64,000 nt of DNA from Mustelus asterias (GCF_964213995.1 NC_135803.1:20336001-20400000); one strand, 5' to 3'; shown: positions 46,065 to 59,520, counted from the first letter of the stretch. Numbers and translations are program-made. The notes: generated by a model not told the origin, from the sequence alone.

Positions 46065-46278
46065 CAGAGTTATAGAGATATATATCCAGCACAGGAACAA
46101 GCCCTTCGGCCCAACACATCCATGCTGACCAAGTTTCCTAAACTGAACTAGTTCCATTTGCCTGTGACTAGCCCATATCCCTCTAAACCTTTCCCACCCA
46201 TGTACCTGTCCAAATGTCTTTTAAATGTTGTAATTGTACCCGCCTCTACCACCTCCCCTGGCAGCTCATTCCATATAC
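46065..46278 (-). mobile_element. CR1-type LINE 3' UTR fragment
   Basis: GCCCTTCGGCCCAAC...CCCATATCCCTCTAAACC...TGTCTTTTAAATGTTGTAATTGTACCCGCCTCTACCAC; related to 5719-6054. Confidence 0.75.
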
Positions 46279-47709
46279 GTATGAATTGGACATCATAAGA
46301 CCCCAGAGTTTCCATTCCAACGAGCCTTTCACCTGCTTAGGATGAAAGACTCCAAACATGCCATATATAATAGCAAAGTCTGTACAAAGTGCTGATATTG
46401 GAGAAGCCATCCATCCACCCCCACGTACTATCGCTCTGTTCTGACTTGTTGTCCCTCACAGGCAAGGGACTCTCCAATACAATTGTAAGTGAGATGTCTA
46501 CCAACTGCTGAGTCACACTCAGTTAACACATTGTTTACAATCCACAGGGCAACATGAAAGCTGGTCTATTAGCATCTAAGTCTCTATCGCCTATGCGCTA
46601 CTTCTTTTACTTGCATAACCATACTGTGCTTTAATGCATAACATTTAACACACAACGTTTAGCCACTCTTTTCCCGAAGTTTTTCTGTGTGGCAAAACGG
46701 TCAAAAGATCTTAAACAATGACAACTTCTGTGGGATTAGTGTGCATCCATCATCAGGAAGGTGGAACATCGGTTTATGTTGGCCTCTCAAATAGTGTGAT
46801 TGGAAGGGTGCAGAGGATGGGAGAGAGAGGAAGTGGAGGCTTCCGACTGTTTCATGTTGCCAGCAGCCACTTCAATTGTTAAAAAGTTACTTTCAAGTAA
46901 AATAATAATTAGCAGATAAGGTGCCTTTGAATTCTTTGTCCACCAAGTTTTCACATGGGCCACTTGAATTATGCACAACACTGGATGCAGTGTTCCTTTT
47001 TTGTCCAGTTTCCTATGGGTGCAAAATGATGACAAATACATTGGATGTAACATTTCTAGCTTTGGAATATAATTTTAGTACATTTACCTAGCTAGAGAAG
47101 GTTGGTGGCAGGAACCCTGATAGGTAGGGATGTGACAAGATGCGTCCTTGTGCTGGATTTTGTGCCCCCCCCCCCCCCCCCACCTTCCATCCCCGCTCCA
47201 CCCCACCCTGTCGGTGGGTTTGAAAATGGGAGGGTACAGTGGGTGGTCTGCCCACTGCCTACACCCCCCACTGCCCACCTGCCAATGGGTCTGTTGAGGT
47301 CTCTAAGTTGTGTTCATGATGCTCCGTAAAATTCAGCCCCTATCTAGCTTTCTGTTCCCTCCTTCCCTTACCTCAGTTTCTCCCAAAAATTAGAGAATGC
47401 AGGGTGGAAGGTAAAAGCCAATTTATTTCATCCTGACACTTAAAGATTATTAAATACATCTTTCAATCAATAACTTCCTCACTTAAAGTTAAGAGCATTA
47501 ATCCCCCCCCCCAAATTATTAATTTATCCAGTCAGAACCTTCATTCTAAAACAACCTGTTTTATCCATGAACAACACCATGGAAGGTCAAACTTTATTTT
47601 ATATACATGACAAAATTTGACAAACCTAAAAGGGCTCTAAAGGAGTAGAATCATTGTTGCAGGTCCGGGTATAAACAGGTCAATGAAATCAGAAAACTGC
47701 AATTTCTTT

Positions 47710-47940
47710 TCTTTATTCTTTCATGGGAGATGTGAGTGTCACTAGCAAGGCCAGAATTTATTGCCCATCCCTAATTGCTCCTTGAATTGAAAGGCTTATT
47801 AGGCCAACTCAGAGGACAGTTAAGAGTCAACCACATTGCTGTGGGTCTGGAGTCACATGGAGACTAGACCAAGTAAGGATGGCAGATTTCCTTCCCTCAA
47901 GGACATTCGTGAAAGAGATGGGTTTTTATGACGATTGATG
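47710..47940 (-). mobile_element. 3' half of a tRNA-derived SINE with L2-type tail (same family as 55447-55815)
   Basis: TTTATTGCCCATCCCTAATTGC...AGTTAAGAGTCAACCACATTGCT...GATTTCCTTCCC is the reverse complement of motifs in 55640-55810. Confidence 0.65.
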
Positions 47941-47944
47941 ATTG

Positions 47945-48425
47945 TTGAGGTGTTGGAGTGTTGCTGCAACTGAACAAGGTACTAGTGAGGCCACATTTAG
48001 AATACCATGTACAGTTATGGTCCTCTTATTTAAGGAAAGATATTATCATTGGAGGCAATTCAGAGGAGGTTTACTTGGTATGGAGGGACTGCCGTATGAG
48101 AAAAGATTGGATTGGGTCTGCAGTCCTTGGAATTCAGAAGAATGAAAGGTAATATGATTGAAATATATTAGATTCTTTGGGGGTTAGACAGGGTAAATTT
48201 GGGAGGATGCTTCCACTCATGGGAGAATGTAGGACCAGAAGCAAAGTCGCAGGATAATGGTAAGAAGAAAGATAAATCTTTGGAATTCTTTACTCCAGAG
48301 AGCTGTGGAGGTTGAGTCCTTGAGCATTTTTAAGCCTGAGATCGATCAATTTTTAATCAGTTGAGGAATTAAGGGTTATGGAGAGATGGCAAGAAAGTCA
48401 ACTTAGTGAGTGTTTGATCAGCCTT
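47945..48425 (+). mobile_element. Old CR1 3' fragment
   Basis: LLQLNKVLVRPHLEYHVQLWSSYLRKDI (ORF 47958-48152) and downstream CR1 pattern. Confidence 0.8.
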
Positions 48426-48466
48426 AGGGAGTGTTACATCAGCCATAAATCAGGTAGTTTCATAGT

Positions 48467-48670
48467 AAGAAGTCTCACAACACCAGGTTAAAGTCCAACA
48501 GGTTTATTTGGAATCACAAGCTTTCGAAGCGCTGCTGCTTCATCTGGTGAGTGATGAAGGAGCAGTGCTCCAAAAGCTCGTGATTCCAAATAAACCTGTT
48601 GGACTTTAACCTGGTGTTGTGAGACTTCTTACTGTGCCCACCCCTGTCCAATGCCGGCATCTCCACATCA
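48467..48670. mobile_element. Penelope-like fold-back insertion, subfamily A
   Basis: Same structure as 13880-14086; TSD CAG(G/A)TAGTTTCATAGT at 48451-48466 and 48671-48686. The minus-strand hammerhead at 48515-48549 has CTGA changed to CAGA. Confidence 0.85.
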
Positions 48671-48994
48671 CAGATAGTTTCATAGTCGCATTACTGAGAG
48701 TAGTTTTCAGTTCCAGGTTTATTTATTGAATTTAAATTCTGCGGTGATGGGATTTGAACCAGCGCGAATCTGGGCCTCTTGATTACTAATCCAGTGACAT
48801 TACCACTATGCCACCATCTCTTTCCAGCTTGATACAGATCCTCATAATGACAAAAATCAATCAGTAACAGTGCATGGTTAATGATTCTTGAACATCTCTT
48901 GGGCAGCAACAGATGGAAGCATCAGTAATCCAGTTGTGGAGTTTGTCAAATGCAGAGAAAATGGCTGAGTGAAAATCAGTGCACACAAGGACAG

Positions 48995-49350
48995 AAGAAA
49001 TAGAAGCACGAGTAAGCCACCTGGCCCTTCAAGCCTGCCCCCCACCATTCAATACAATCATGGCTGATCTAAGTTGGCTTCAACTCCTTTTCTGAGCCAT
49101 TTCCCCAAAACCCTCTATTCTCGATCTATCATATTTATCCACCTCCACTTTAAATACTTCTAATGATCCAGCCTCCAACACCTTCTGGGCAGAGAATTCT
49201 ATAGATTCACCACCCTCTGCAAGAAGAATCACAAAACCCTCATCACAACATGCCCTTCATCCTATCTTTGTATCATCGGCAAATTTGGAAACCTTACATT
49301 CTGTTCTTTCCTCCAAGTCATTAATGTAAATTGTGAACAATTGCGAGCCA
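48995..49350 (-). mobile_element. CR1 fragments (3' end joined to RT-core piece)
   Basis: GGCCCTTCAAGCCTG...ATCATGGCTGATC...GATTCACCACCCTCTG, then TTTGTATCATCGGCAAATTT (KFADDTK on minus). Confidence 0.7.
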
Positions 49351-50655
49351 AGAACTGAAAATCCCAGTTTTCCCGGGAATAACTATGTTTTCAGGTTGCC
49401 TTGCAACAGGAGTAATCTGGAAACAGCCACAATCCCGCTGGATTGGCAGTGTGCTGCCGACTCCCCCAATAGCCTACCTACAGTGCAAAGTAAGAGTGAT
49501 TCTATGAATCAGGCACACTTAGTGGGGAGTGGACTTGCTGCTTATAAAATTACAGTTGTGAACCTGCGATTTTCCAAGATATGCTCTCTACAAATGCTGC
49601 TCCACGCTGAGTAGATTGTGAAATTACTCTGTTTTTTTAGATATATGACTAATTTTAACCTGAAGTATAAATGTGAAGTTTCACTGGACAATGAAAATGA
49701 TATTTTACAGGTTACTGTTCAGGCTTCCTCCCAGCATTCTGTAATTGTGACCATCACTAAAAGGCCAGTTCTCACACTTACAAATAAAATGTTAATCTTA
49801 TGCATGTAATTAATAGGTGCATCTGCTACACGATTAAAAATCCACCTATCTAATATTGAGATAGGTCAAAAATAATATGGAGTTCCCTTCATTAACTCTT
49901 GAATGCTCCAATGGTCAAAGAAACACAATAGTGATGGTGCATATTTTGGGCTACGCTGCAAGTTGTTCACTTCACGAGCGAAATGTCGTCAGAAAGAAAT
50001 TAACTTGGTGATGAGATAACAACAGCTTAGTTATAATACCTCTAACCATTTTCTTAGGCCAATGTTTTAGTGTTTCCATTTTCACCTTTTCATTTTTAAA
50101 TGACATTTCAATATGCACATTATTTCTCACAAGATATTATACAGTGAACCCATACACACATTGTACTGATGCTTTCACACAGGATTTGAAGTGTATTTGT
50201 TGTCAATACTTGTCACTGTGAGTACAAAAGTTTACTTCTGTTAATAAACTTGCATTGACTTCTTTGAAAATATGACATAGATTAATGTTCTCTAGCGTGA
50301 ATCATGAAATATTTTGAGTGTTAATAAATCCAATTAGTAGATGTTGGCGATGTTGAGTATTCCGGAGGTGAGAAACAGATGGAATAGTCATTATAAATTG
50401 CAACTTCCCTCATCCAAAATGTGCATTTATTAGTACTAGCAGCACTTATCCATCTCTAGATAATGTGAGATTCTGACCCAGGAGACGAGCCAAAGTGTGA
50501 AGTAATTCCAATGCCCGTGGACTTCCAGACATACAGGAAAAACATGTTGTTCACTTAAGGCTGCCCTGTGCTGCATATGTAAACTAATTCCAAAATGAAA
50601 TGCCCCAGAGGCACTTCCCTTTCCTTCCATTCTCCTTTTATTTCCAAGAGGAGAG

Positions 50656-51003
50656 GGCGGCACGGTGGCACAGCGCCAGGGCTCCACGTTCGATTCCAGC
50701 CTCGGGTGACTGTCTGTGCAGAATCTGCACATTCTCCCCATGTCTGCTTGGGTTCCCACAGGGTGCACCGGTTTCCTTCCACACTTCAAAGATGTGCAGG
50801 TTAGGTGGCTTGGCTATGCTAAATTGCCCCTTAGTGACCAACGATGTGTAGGTTAGGTGGATTAGCCATGGCAAATGCATGGGTTTATTAGATGGGGGGG
50901 GGGGGGGGGCGCGGTGAGCCTGAGTAAGGTACTCTTTTGGATAGTTGGTACAGACTCGATGGACCGAATGGCCTCCTTCTGCACTGAAGGGTTATATGGA
51001 TTT
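50656..51003 (+). mobile_element. HE1 SINE (type A variant)
   Basis: Head (with deletion), V-core and GGCCTCCTTCTGCACTG tail. Confidence 0.8.
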
Positions 51004-51614
51004 CATTCAGCAGAGTCTTTGGAAGCCGCCATCAGGTTTCCATTCCCCTCGTCTCTTTGACTCTTAAATGGCTCGGTTACTTCAGTGAAAAGTTAATCGA
51101 TCCATTTTTATAGCGATGGATGCACTTTGCAAATGTAAAGTCAAATGCAGAGCCAATCAGCATTTATCAGCAAAATTGCTTTGCTTCTAGCTGTTTATAT
51201 TGCTAAAATTATTGCTAAGATTTCTAAAACTACAGCCACATGTTTCTTAAAATCTCCAGTTTGGTACCGGAGATCGATATAAATTTCAAACTGTAGTCTA
51301 AATTTGCCACTTTGACCTGCCCACTCTCTGGCTTAGATTGCATGGATTTGGATCGGAAGTTGTTAAGATGCCTCTCTGCTGTCTCCCCACTCCCCTCGCC
51401 CATTCCGAAATTCCCTCCTAAAGTAATAGATGTTGTATAACACGTCTACCCATGTTTTTGTCGAAGTGGTTGCTATTTTGGTTCCGCAGTTCCAGTGTTG
51501 GCCACGCTGGTTGCGTTTTGGTTGAGGGTGTTCACACAGGGAGTGTGTGTCGGACATATGCAGATTAGGCAGCTCGTGACATCAGTCAGTTTGTCATGCT
51601 GATCGGATGTCTGT

Positions 51615-51708
51615 ATGGCTTGGGGCTCCGAAAGCTTGTGTGGCTTTTGCTACCAAATAAACCTGTTGGACTTTAACCTGGTGTTGTTAAACTTCTTACT
51701 GTGTTTAC
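51615..51708 (+). mobile_element. Penelope-like terminal fragment, subfamily B
   Basis: GGCTTGGGGCTCCGAAAGCTTGTGTGGCTTTTGCTACCAAATAAACCTG...CTTCTTACTGTGTTTACC; 3' half of the hammerhead only. Confidence 0.8.
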
Positions 51709-51977
51709 CATTTTCAACCACAACCACTTCAGCTGGTGCCCTTTGTTCATCTCATACAGCTGAACACAGCAGAATGGGTCCCCCTCTCCCAGCAATACTA
51801 TTCAAAGGTATCAACTACTTGCAGGTTAGTTGTTAATTGCTTTCTAGTGGCAGTTGTTGAGTTGATGCAAGCATTTGGATGGTCTTAATGTTGCTAAGCT
51901 CTATAGGGAATGGTGTGGCAATGCTGAAGGACTTGGTCCTGACTACCAGGGTTCCACTCAGACTACCCACTCCAGAT

Positions 51978-52900
51978 ATGGTTACAGTAGTTTTAGATGC
52001 CCCCTTAACCTACGACATGACAGGGAGAATGAGCAGAGATTACAAAGAGGAGGACAAACTGCTTGAAGAGGGAGAGGAGGAAAAGTTATCTCAGCAGGGG
52101 ACTATGTCCACTTGTGATTCAGGAACAATTCTCTGACCTTACCTCATCAAGGAACAGTGCGTCTTTACTTCACTTGGGATGTCCTCACTCATATGTGCCA
52201 ATTGCTGAAGTCACAACTGCGGTCTCCGAGCAGGGTGAAGACAGGTGGTTGTGGCCAGGAATTTCTGTGGCTGTCATTTGGCTCCTTCCCGGTTGGAGCA
52301 GGTGATATTTGCAACATCTCCCAGTTTGTCGTCCACTGCTGCATAAGGAAGGTCACTGGTATTCCAAGAGAGGTCAATATATTTCATTCTCTCTGGTTGT
52401 AGAGAAACAGGCAGAACGAGCACACGGCTTCACCAAGTACACTTACTGCTCTGTGGCACAGAGTGCCAATGACCACACACAGTTCATTTTTCAGAAGCTG
52501 CACGTGAACTATGAGATGCAACTCAACTGGAAAGGCTGACATTCACTCAACATTCAGCTGGTTTGTGGGCATACTGAATGAATCATGCAGTAACCTGGCA
52601 TTAGTCACAATGCCTTCACTCTACGATAGTTTGTTCCACCTTCAGCATTTGGCCCATCACAACAATCCAGAGAGTGGATACTGAGTGACAAAGACTAACA
52701 TGCCTCATGAGTCTTCCGCGCAACCAAAGCAAATGTGATCAAGCAGGGAACTGGGGCATTTCAAACACACTTCTGCTGCCTGGATCACTCTGCTGGATCC
52801 CTGCAGTACTCGGGCCGTTCAGGTATCAAGATTCACCATGGTCTGCAGCACCCTACATGACTTCACCATTGAGGTCACGGCCTTCCCATTGGGTTGACAA
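51978..52900 (+). pseudogene. HARBI1-like Harbinger DDE transposase pseudogene
   Basis: Fragments across frames: GSF..GAGDICNISQFVVHCCIRKVT (ORF 52157-52402), KQAERAHGF, NWKG*HSLNIQLVC, and HFCCLDHSAGSLQYS near 52770-52815. All match HARBI1-family motifs (GSFQ...GD...ISQ, NRKG.HS.N.Q.VCD, RFRCLD.SGG.LQY). Confidence 0.8.
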
Positions 52901-53224
52901 CAAGGAACTGAGGAGGAGAGGGAAGGGAGGTATCGATCAACATTTTTGGCTGGGCTGTCCAAGATCAACTCATTTTACTGCAGCACCAGTGAACACAACC
53001 CCAATTCTTCATTCGGCAACAACCTTACCATCCTTCTGTTACTGACCACCATAGAGTTTCCAAGGCCGCTGCGCTGAAATAAAGACCATAAGAAAACAAA
53101 CTTTCCAAACCAAATATATAAAGAAAACCATTTAATATTCCATATTAATTGCCCTGTTTGATGTATCTTTACCTGTCCTAGTATTCCTATTCAGCGCTAT
53201 CCCAAAGCTGCAGCATGGCTGTTG

Positions 53225-53552
53225 GAATCATAGAATCCCTCCAGTGCAGAAGGAGGCCATTCAGCCCATCGAGTCTGCACCGACCACAGTCCCATCAGGC
53301 CCTATTCCCGTTACCCCACATATTTATCCTGCTAATCCCCTGACACTAAGGGGCAATTTAGCATGGCCAATCAACCTAACCTGCACATCTTTGGTTGGAC
53401 TATGGGAGGAAACCGGAGCACCCAGAGGAAACCCACGCAGACACGAGGAGAATGTGCAACCTCCACACAGGCAGTGAACCAAGGCTGGAGTTCAACCCGG
53501 ATCCTTGGCGCTGTGAGGCAGCAGAGCTAGCCACTGTGCCACCGTGCTGCCC
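53225..53552 (-). mobile_element. HE1 SINE (type A)
   Basis: Full head, V-core and tail. Confidence 0.9.
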
Positions 53553-53559
53553 CAAAGGC

Positions 53560-55445
53560 TGCTAAGACTGGGTGGAGGACACTGATGATGACCTTGCAAG
53601 ATATCCTTGAGCAGCTCTGGGCTTAGGAGGTCCGGCTTCTTACTGCACCTTCTCGGCATGGGTAGCAGCAGTCGAGGCTAACTGGCCCACAGGCAGAGGC
53701 AAGGGCATCGGTGGAGGGAGAGACGGTGGTGCAAGGACAGGTGCTGTCACCCTCAGAGAGGACAGCAGGTTTGTGCTCCACTGCACTGGGCGGTGCCTCA
53801 GCCATCCTGATCATCTACTGGAGGACAGAACGTTGATCTGCTTTGATGCCCAGCAAGCCCCTTTGCAAACTGGCATCCTCTGTTAGGATGGCAGCAGTCT
53901 GAGCTGGCGTGGACGCAAGCTGAGCTTGTATAACCTCAGCCTGAGCTGCCACTGCAGCACCCAGACCTTGGATGGCTTCTGCTTGTGCTGCAATGGATGC
54001 TGAGACATTAGAGACTGCATCATGGTTTGTTCCGCTAGTGTTCCTGTGGACATGTTCACTGCCTCCACGCTGGAAAGGATGGGCTCCAAGCTCTGCACAA
54101 AGCCCTGTACCAAGTTGGGGCAGGCCGCGCCTTCCAGCCAGATGGCACCTCCGTGATCCTTGGCCCCTGTCTTCACTGCAGGCCACTCGGGTCCTCTGTC
54201 TCACCACGTGCAGTTTCTGCTTCAAATCTATCCTCTAAATTACCTGCAGTGTCAGTATCTGGGCTCTTGGCTACAAACATGAGATCGAGTGCCAGTCTTT
54301 CTTCTTCCAGCTCTTCCATTTCATGCTGTTCCACCACTCCCTGGCCAGGTAGCAGTTTTCAGTACCAGAATGAAGAAAGATATAAAGGCAGAATTGCAGT
54401 CAGAGGTGGGCATGGAAGAAAGAGGTCCCACCTTTACAGCTGTGCAACTTGTCAGATAAAGAGACTGTGAAATGAGCGGTTAGTGGGATGTTAGAAGGTG
54501 GATTCAGTATGAACATAACGTCACTTTGGTTTCCACCCCATTGCTGAGCAGGGACTTGGACATCACCACTCCAGTGATAGCGAAACCCATCTCCTCCATG
54601 GGAATATATATCTGTCCACTGCAGGATCACCTCTGCTGTCTGCGGTTTTGATCCACTTTGCCCTGCAAGAGAGAAAGTGAGGCAATGTGTTTGGGTGATT
54701 TCGGGCAGCACGGTGGCACAGTGGTTAGCACTGCTGCCTCACAGTGCCAGAGACCCGGGTTCGATTCCTGGCTTGGATCACTGTCTGTGCGGAGTCTGCA
54801 TGTTCTCCCCGTGTCTGCGTAGATTTCCTCCCACAGTCCAAAAGACGTGCTGGTTTGGTGCATTGGCCATGCCAGATTCCCCCTCAGTGTACCCGGACAG
54901 GCGCCGGAGTGTGGCAACGAGGGGATTTTCACAGTAACTTCATTGCAGTGTTAATGTAAGCCTACTTGTGACACTAATAGATAAATAAACTTTAAAAAAC
55001 TTTAAACTTTATAAACTTCAATAAATATGCCAGTCACGATTGGTGGCAGTTTGTGCAAGCTACAAGATATGTGTGTGAGTCTTGCAGCAGAGTTGCTGAG
55101 CATGTGAAGGATTGGTGAGGCAATGAGTGTGAGGGAAGAATTGCAATTGATTGAGATTGTTGGAAAACAAGTGAAGGGTCTGCGGAGAATTGAGCAGTGC
55201 CTGGGTCTCGTGGCTCATTAAGATGAGTTCGCGGACCTTGGCGATTTGTGTGAAATCATTATCCATCTTGTGGCGCAATGTCCAGGTGCTCAGGGCTATA
55301 GTGCTGACATTGACCACATTGGCTTTCTGACTGCATTGGTCCCACATGGATGGAGCATACCTTCCCTCCTCTCCAACTCTTGTGCCACAGCCTCCGGTCC
55401 CAGGTCAGAGAACGATGCAGTTCGTTTGCCGTCCTGTGGCACCAT
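53560..55445 (-). pseudogene. Decayed intron-containing Myb/SANT-like gene of the Harbinger element
   Basis: Exon 1 from ATG 55445: MVPQDGKRTASFSDLGPEAVAQELERREGMLHP.../WDQ...VNVSTIALSTW...NDFTQIAK|gt (donor ~55236). Exon 2: cag|GKVDQNRRQQR (from ~54662). Ala/Gln-rich coiled-coil-like segment IAAQAEAIQGLGAAVAAQ (ORF 53815-54225). Confidence 0.65.
54703..55020 (+). mobile_element. V-SINE, type B tail
   Basis: Full head, V-core (short deletion) and (AAACTTT)n tail. Confidence 0.9.
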
Positions 55446-55446
55446 T

Positions 55447-55815
55447 AGGGGAGGTGGTGGCGGAGTGGTATTGTCACTGGACTCGCAATCCAGAGACCCA
55501 GGGCAATGATCTGGAGACCCAGGTTTGAATCCCGCCACTGCAGATGGTGAAATTTGAATTCAGTAAAAATCTGGAATTAAAATTCTAATGATGGGCATGA
55601 AACCATCGTCGATTGGTCTAAAAACACATCTGGTTCCCTAATGTCCTTTCGGGAAGGAAATTTGCCTCCTTACCTGGTCTGGCCTACATGTGGTTGTGAT
55701 GGGAAATAGCAATGTGGTTGACTCTTAACTGCCCCCGCAGGGGCATTTAGGGATAGGCAATAAGTGCTGGGGCAGCCGGCGATACCCAAATCCCATGAAC
55801 GAATAAACAAAAAAT
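55447..55815 (+). mobile_element. tRNA-derived SINE with L2-type tail (non-V family)
   Basis: A-box-like TGGCGGAGTGG, B-box GGTTTGAATCC, body and tail ...CCCATGAACGAATAAACAAAAAA; related fragments at ~14860-14930, 47710-47940 and 48690-48820. Confidence 0.7.
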
Positions 55816-56569
55816 TCAAGTGTTCTTCATGCTCTGAAAACCTTCCCAAGTCTCTACCAGCAACACTACTTTCAAGTGGTGCTAGCCTCATACGCATTTA
55901 GACTCCCTAGTGAGGCATGCAGCCATGCAAGAACATTTTTAGCACTGGGCTGCACGCATCAATCATATAAATCAAAATTGCATGCGAGCTGTATCAGAAG
56001 GAACAGGAACGGGTCAATTGCACATTGCAACCTCTGTACCCATGTCAGATTTTGGCTCCCGCAGTCCCTAGTGGGACCATAACATTGCCGGTCACAAAGG
56101 ACACCTTTCACTCATCACAGCTGACTCCATGTGGCAAAGTTGGGTGGGTGGGGGAGAGAAAACGTTAAGGGGCCAAAATAGTCACAATATGCTAAGGACG
56201 TTCTTGCGTAAGATCTTTTGAAGTTTGAGGAGGCAGTATAGCAGCAATGCAACACTACAACAGTGTGTATTACCCACCAAAGCCTATCTTGGTCAGTCTC
56301 CCCCACTAGACTGCTTAGCAGAGGCTACAGAACCAGCCGCCCAAAGCCAGGGGTATATCTTGTGGCAGCTAATCTTCCCTGCCAAAGAGGCACTTTGATT
56401 TTGCAATAACAAAAAATCCAGGCCATAATCTGAGTGTGTTATATAAGATGGCAGAATCTTCCAGTCTGGAGTATATGCTGAGTGACAGGGGCAGAAGCGA
56501 CAGTGATTTACACTTGGAGGCCTGACAGCTGACTACACGCAGTCCTCACACTGGCCATCTCATTAGATA

Positions 56570-56870
56570 TGGCAGCAGAGTAGCACAGTGGTCAGCACCC
56601 CTGCCTCACAGCACCAGCGACATTGGGTGACTGTCTGTGTGAAGTTTGCACGTTCTCCACATGTCTGCGTGGGTTTCCTCCAGATGCTCTGGTTTCCTCC
56701 CACACTCCAAAGATGTGCAGATTAAGTGGATTGACTGTGCTAAATTGCCCATTAGTGTCCCAAGTTGTGTAGGTAAGGTGGATTAGGGGTTACAGGGATT
56801 GGGCGGGCAAACCTGGATAAGATTCTCAGTCAGTGCATACTCAATGGGCTGAATGGACTCCTCCCCAGCA
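56570..56870 (+). mobile_element. Older HE1 SINE (type A)
   Basis: Diverged head, V-core and GGGCTGAATGGACTCCT tail. Confidence 0.8.
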
Positions 56871-59172
56871 CCAGTCCCTGTGGCACCCCACTAGTTACTG
56901 CCTGCCAAGGACCCATTAATTCCTACTCTTTGTTTTCTCTCTGCCAACCAGTTTTCTATCCATCTCAATACACTTTGAAGCTGTCCCTCCCACCTTGAGC
57001 AATTCAGCCAATGGGAAGCCCTGTACCGAGCATCGGGCCACTCTTGGCCTCTCCTCGTCACGGTGAAACGCATCCTGGAGGAGCACAGATGTGTTGCCCT
57101 CTTGTTCTTATCGTCATGTGCATGCATTGACTGGGGTAATGAAAACCACGTCTGTGCATCCTCACTCAAACACTGTTGGGCTTTGAGAGACCCTTGCCTT
57201 GCCATCATAGACGTGCCATCTACCCCACGAAAAACCACGACCATCTACCTGGGTCCCTCGAGATCAAAACCGGCACACTGTTGTCATTCCCCTGTCCACC
57301 TTGCTATCCACTCCATGGAATCTCATCCACCTCCGAAGCAGTGCCCTCGCTTGTTGTAACAGAGCCTGTACATTTTCCTCTCCCACTCCTGTCTAGTTGC
57401 CAATGTTTCACGGTTAAGGGTCAAATGCAAGTAGAGTAGAATGACTTGATGGCATAAGACGCAGTGGAATGGGGAAAGCTACCTTCTACTGTGGGTAATG
57501 TTTTGGAATTCCTAATAACTATTCTAATAGTGGCAGCACTGGTTGAAGCTGTCCAGTTTACACAAAGATGTGAACATCATGAAATACATTGGCTGGTAAT
57601 TTCTGCTCTGGGAAAATATGGAGAGCGGCCAAAAGTCAATTGGAAAATTTGGAAAATCCTGGCCATCGAATCAGAATTCATAAAACGTTATGTGCGTTTT
57701 TCTGCTTAGTCTGATGTTTCTTTTTAAATGATAAATCCTGAGGAAATCATTGAATTAGCACCTCAGTGTCCAAACATTATGTCTCCAGGAAGATGAAAAT
57801 TCCAATGACTAATTCTGTTCTAGACCACAAAGACCCTGATATATGAATTCAGTTATTTACAGTGCATTTATTATAAATTTCTTTAATAGACTGAGCAGAA
57901 TGATTCATTAAATCATATTCTTCACTTGCATTAAGAGCCTCAGACAGCGGGAAGGAACAACACCACCCCTTCGCTGTCTGCAGTCACACACATATCTACA
58001 TATCACTTTGGCCTGTCACCCACTTCCTATCTCTTTCTTTGGTGCTGTGTCAGTTTTTATCTGATGTTGGTCATTTGAAGTGCCTTAGGATGTTGCTTAT
58101 GTTAAAAGCGGTTTATAATTGCAAGTTGTGACTTTGTTGAATGAGATCCGACGTTAGTTGACTGTGTACAACATAAATCCATTTTGTAATTCTCCACTGT
58201 TGATGTAATATTGTCTCAAACCCTTAACATCGAGACAATAACACTACATCGTACCTTGGTGGCTTAAAAACTAGATATGAGGCCAGTCAGTCAAAGTCAA
58301 GTTAATTTCAGATGTTTTCAAACAAATAGGACTATAATAGAAGAGGACAAAAGTGATATTACATTTGCAGTGTTATTTTAAGAGCCAGTTTCACATGTCA
58401 TAAATTTCTTTCTGAATTTAAAAGGTTGTTAAATTCCAGTACTGAAGAGAGAGAGAGCAATTTCTTCTAAAGGATTGAAGATTTAATTGAGCATTAAGGA
58501 ACAAATGTGCAGTTCTGATTACTAGTGTCGAACACTGTTTCAGTCAAAGTGCCGACATTCAATTAATCATGAACTTTCAGTGAAAATATTCACCATTCTC
58601 ATGTTTTACTTTCATAACGGCCCAAGCTGCCTAATTCCAACTGATCAATTCATTAAAGCAAAACAAAATACCTTCAATCTAGATTAAAATTAAACAAAAG
58701 ATTACACATTTGAAAATTATTGGGTTTGTAACAATATTGCAATGTAACACTTGTTTGAAAGCAGCACATTTTTATCAGTAGCTGTCTGATGCGTGACACA
58801 ATGCCATGGAAAATCTACGGTTATGGAAAGCAAACAGCAAATTTCGTAAATTAACATGGAAATAAGCACAATATATTCCAGTTCATCTTCATGCTCTCTT
58901 TCTACATCTCTTCCCCCCCCCATCTTTCCGATTGCCATTCCTTTGGTGTCTGTTCAGCTGTCCGTGTGCATCTTTCTTCTTGCTTTCTCTGTTTATCGAG
59001 CGTGTAATTTTCTCTCTCGCAGTCTGAAAACCTTTCGCAGTATTTTTTAGTGGATTAATTCAGACACTTGCCCCAGGTTCCCATATGTTCTACTTGAATA
59101 ATGTTGAGTGGTTTAATCGTCATGGAGAGACAGCTACTGATAAATTCACCACCTTCCCGGTTTAGGTTTAAA

Positions 59173-59520
59173 GGGCGGCACGGTAGCGCAGTGGTTAGCA
59201 CTGCTGCTTCACAGCTCCAGGGACCTAGGTTCGATTCCCGGCTTGGGTCACTGTCTGTGTGGAGTTTGCACATTCTCCTCGTGTCTGCGTGGGTTTCCTC
59301 CGGGTGCTCCGGTTTCCTCCCACAGTCCAGAGATATGCGGGTTAGGTTGATTGGCCATGTTAAAATTGCCCTTAGTGTCCTGGGATGCATAGGTTAGAGG
59401 GATTAGTGGGTAAAATATGTAGGGATATGGGGGTAGGGCCTGGGTGGGATTGTGGTCGGTGCAGACTCGATGGGCCGAATGGCCTCTTTCCGTGCTGTAG
59501 TGTTTCTAAGATTTCTAAGA
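59173..59520 (+). mobile_element. HE1 SINE (type A), near-consensus
   Basis: GGGCGGCACGGTAGCGCAGTGGTTAGC...GGTTCGATTCCC (A/B boxes), V-core, tail ending (TTTCTAAGA)2. Confidence 0.92.

Larger units (their letters stand above)
51340..56424. mobile_element. Decayed autonomous-type Harbinger/PIF DNA transposon (convergent transposase and Myb/SANT genes) carrying later PLE and SINE insertions
   Basis: Contains both gene relics listed below. The right end AAAATCCAGGCC (56413-56424) is TIR-like. The left boundary is uncertain (degenerate GCATGGATTT at ~51340). Confidence 0.6.

Noticed and set aside
59173-59245. tRNA-like sequence with A and B boxes
   Set aside because: It is the SINE head, continuous with the V-core and tail, and is not a stand-alone tRNA gene.
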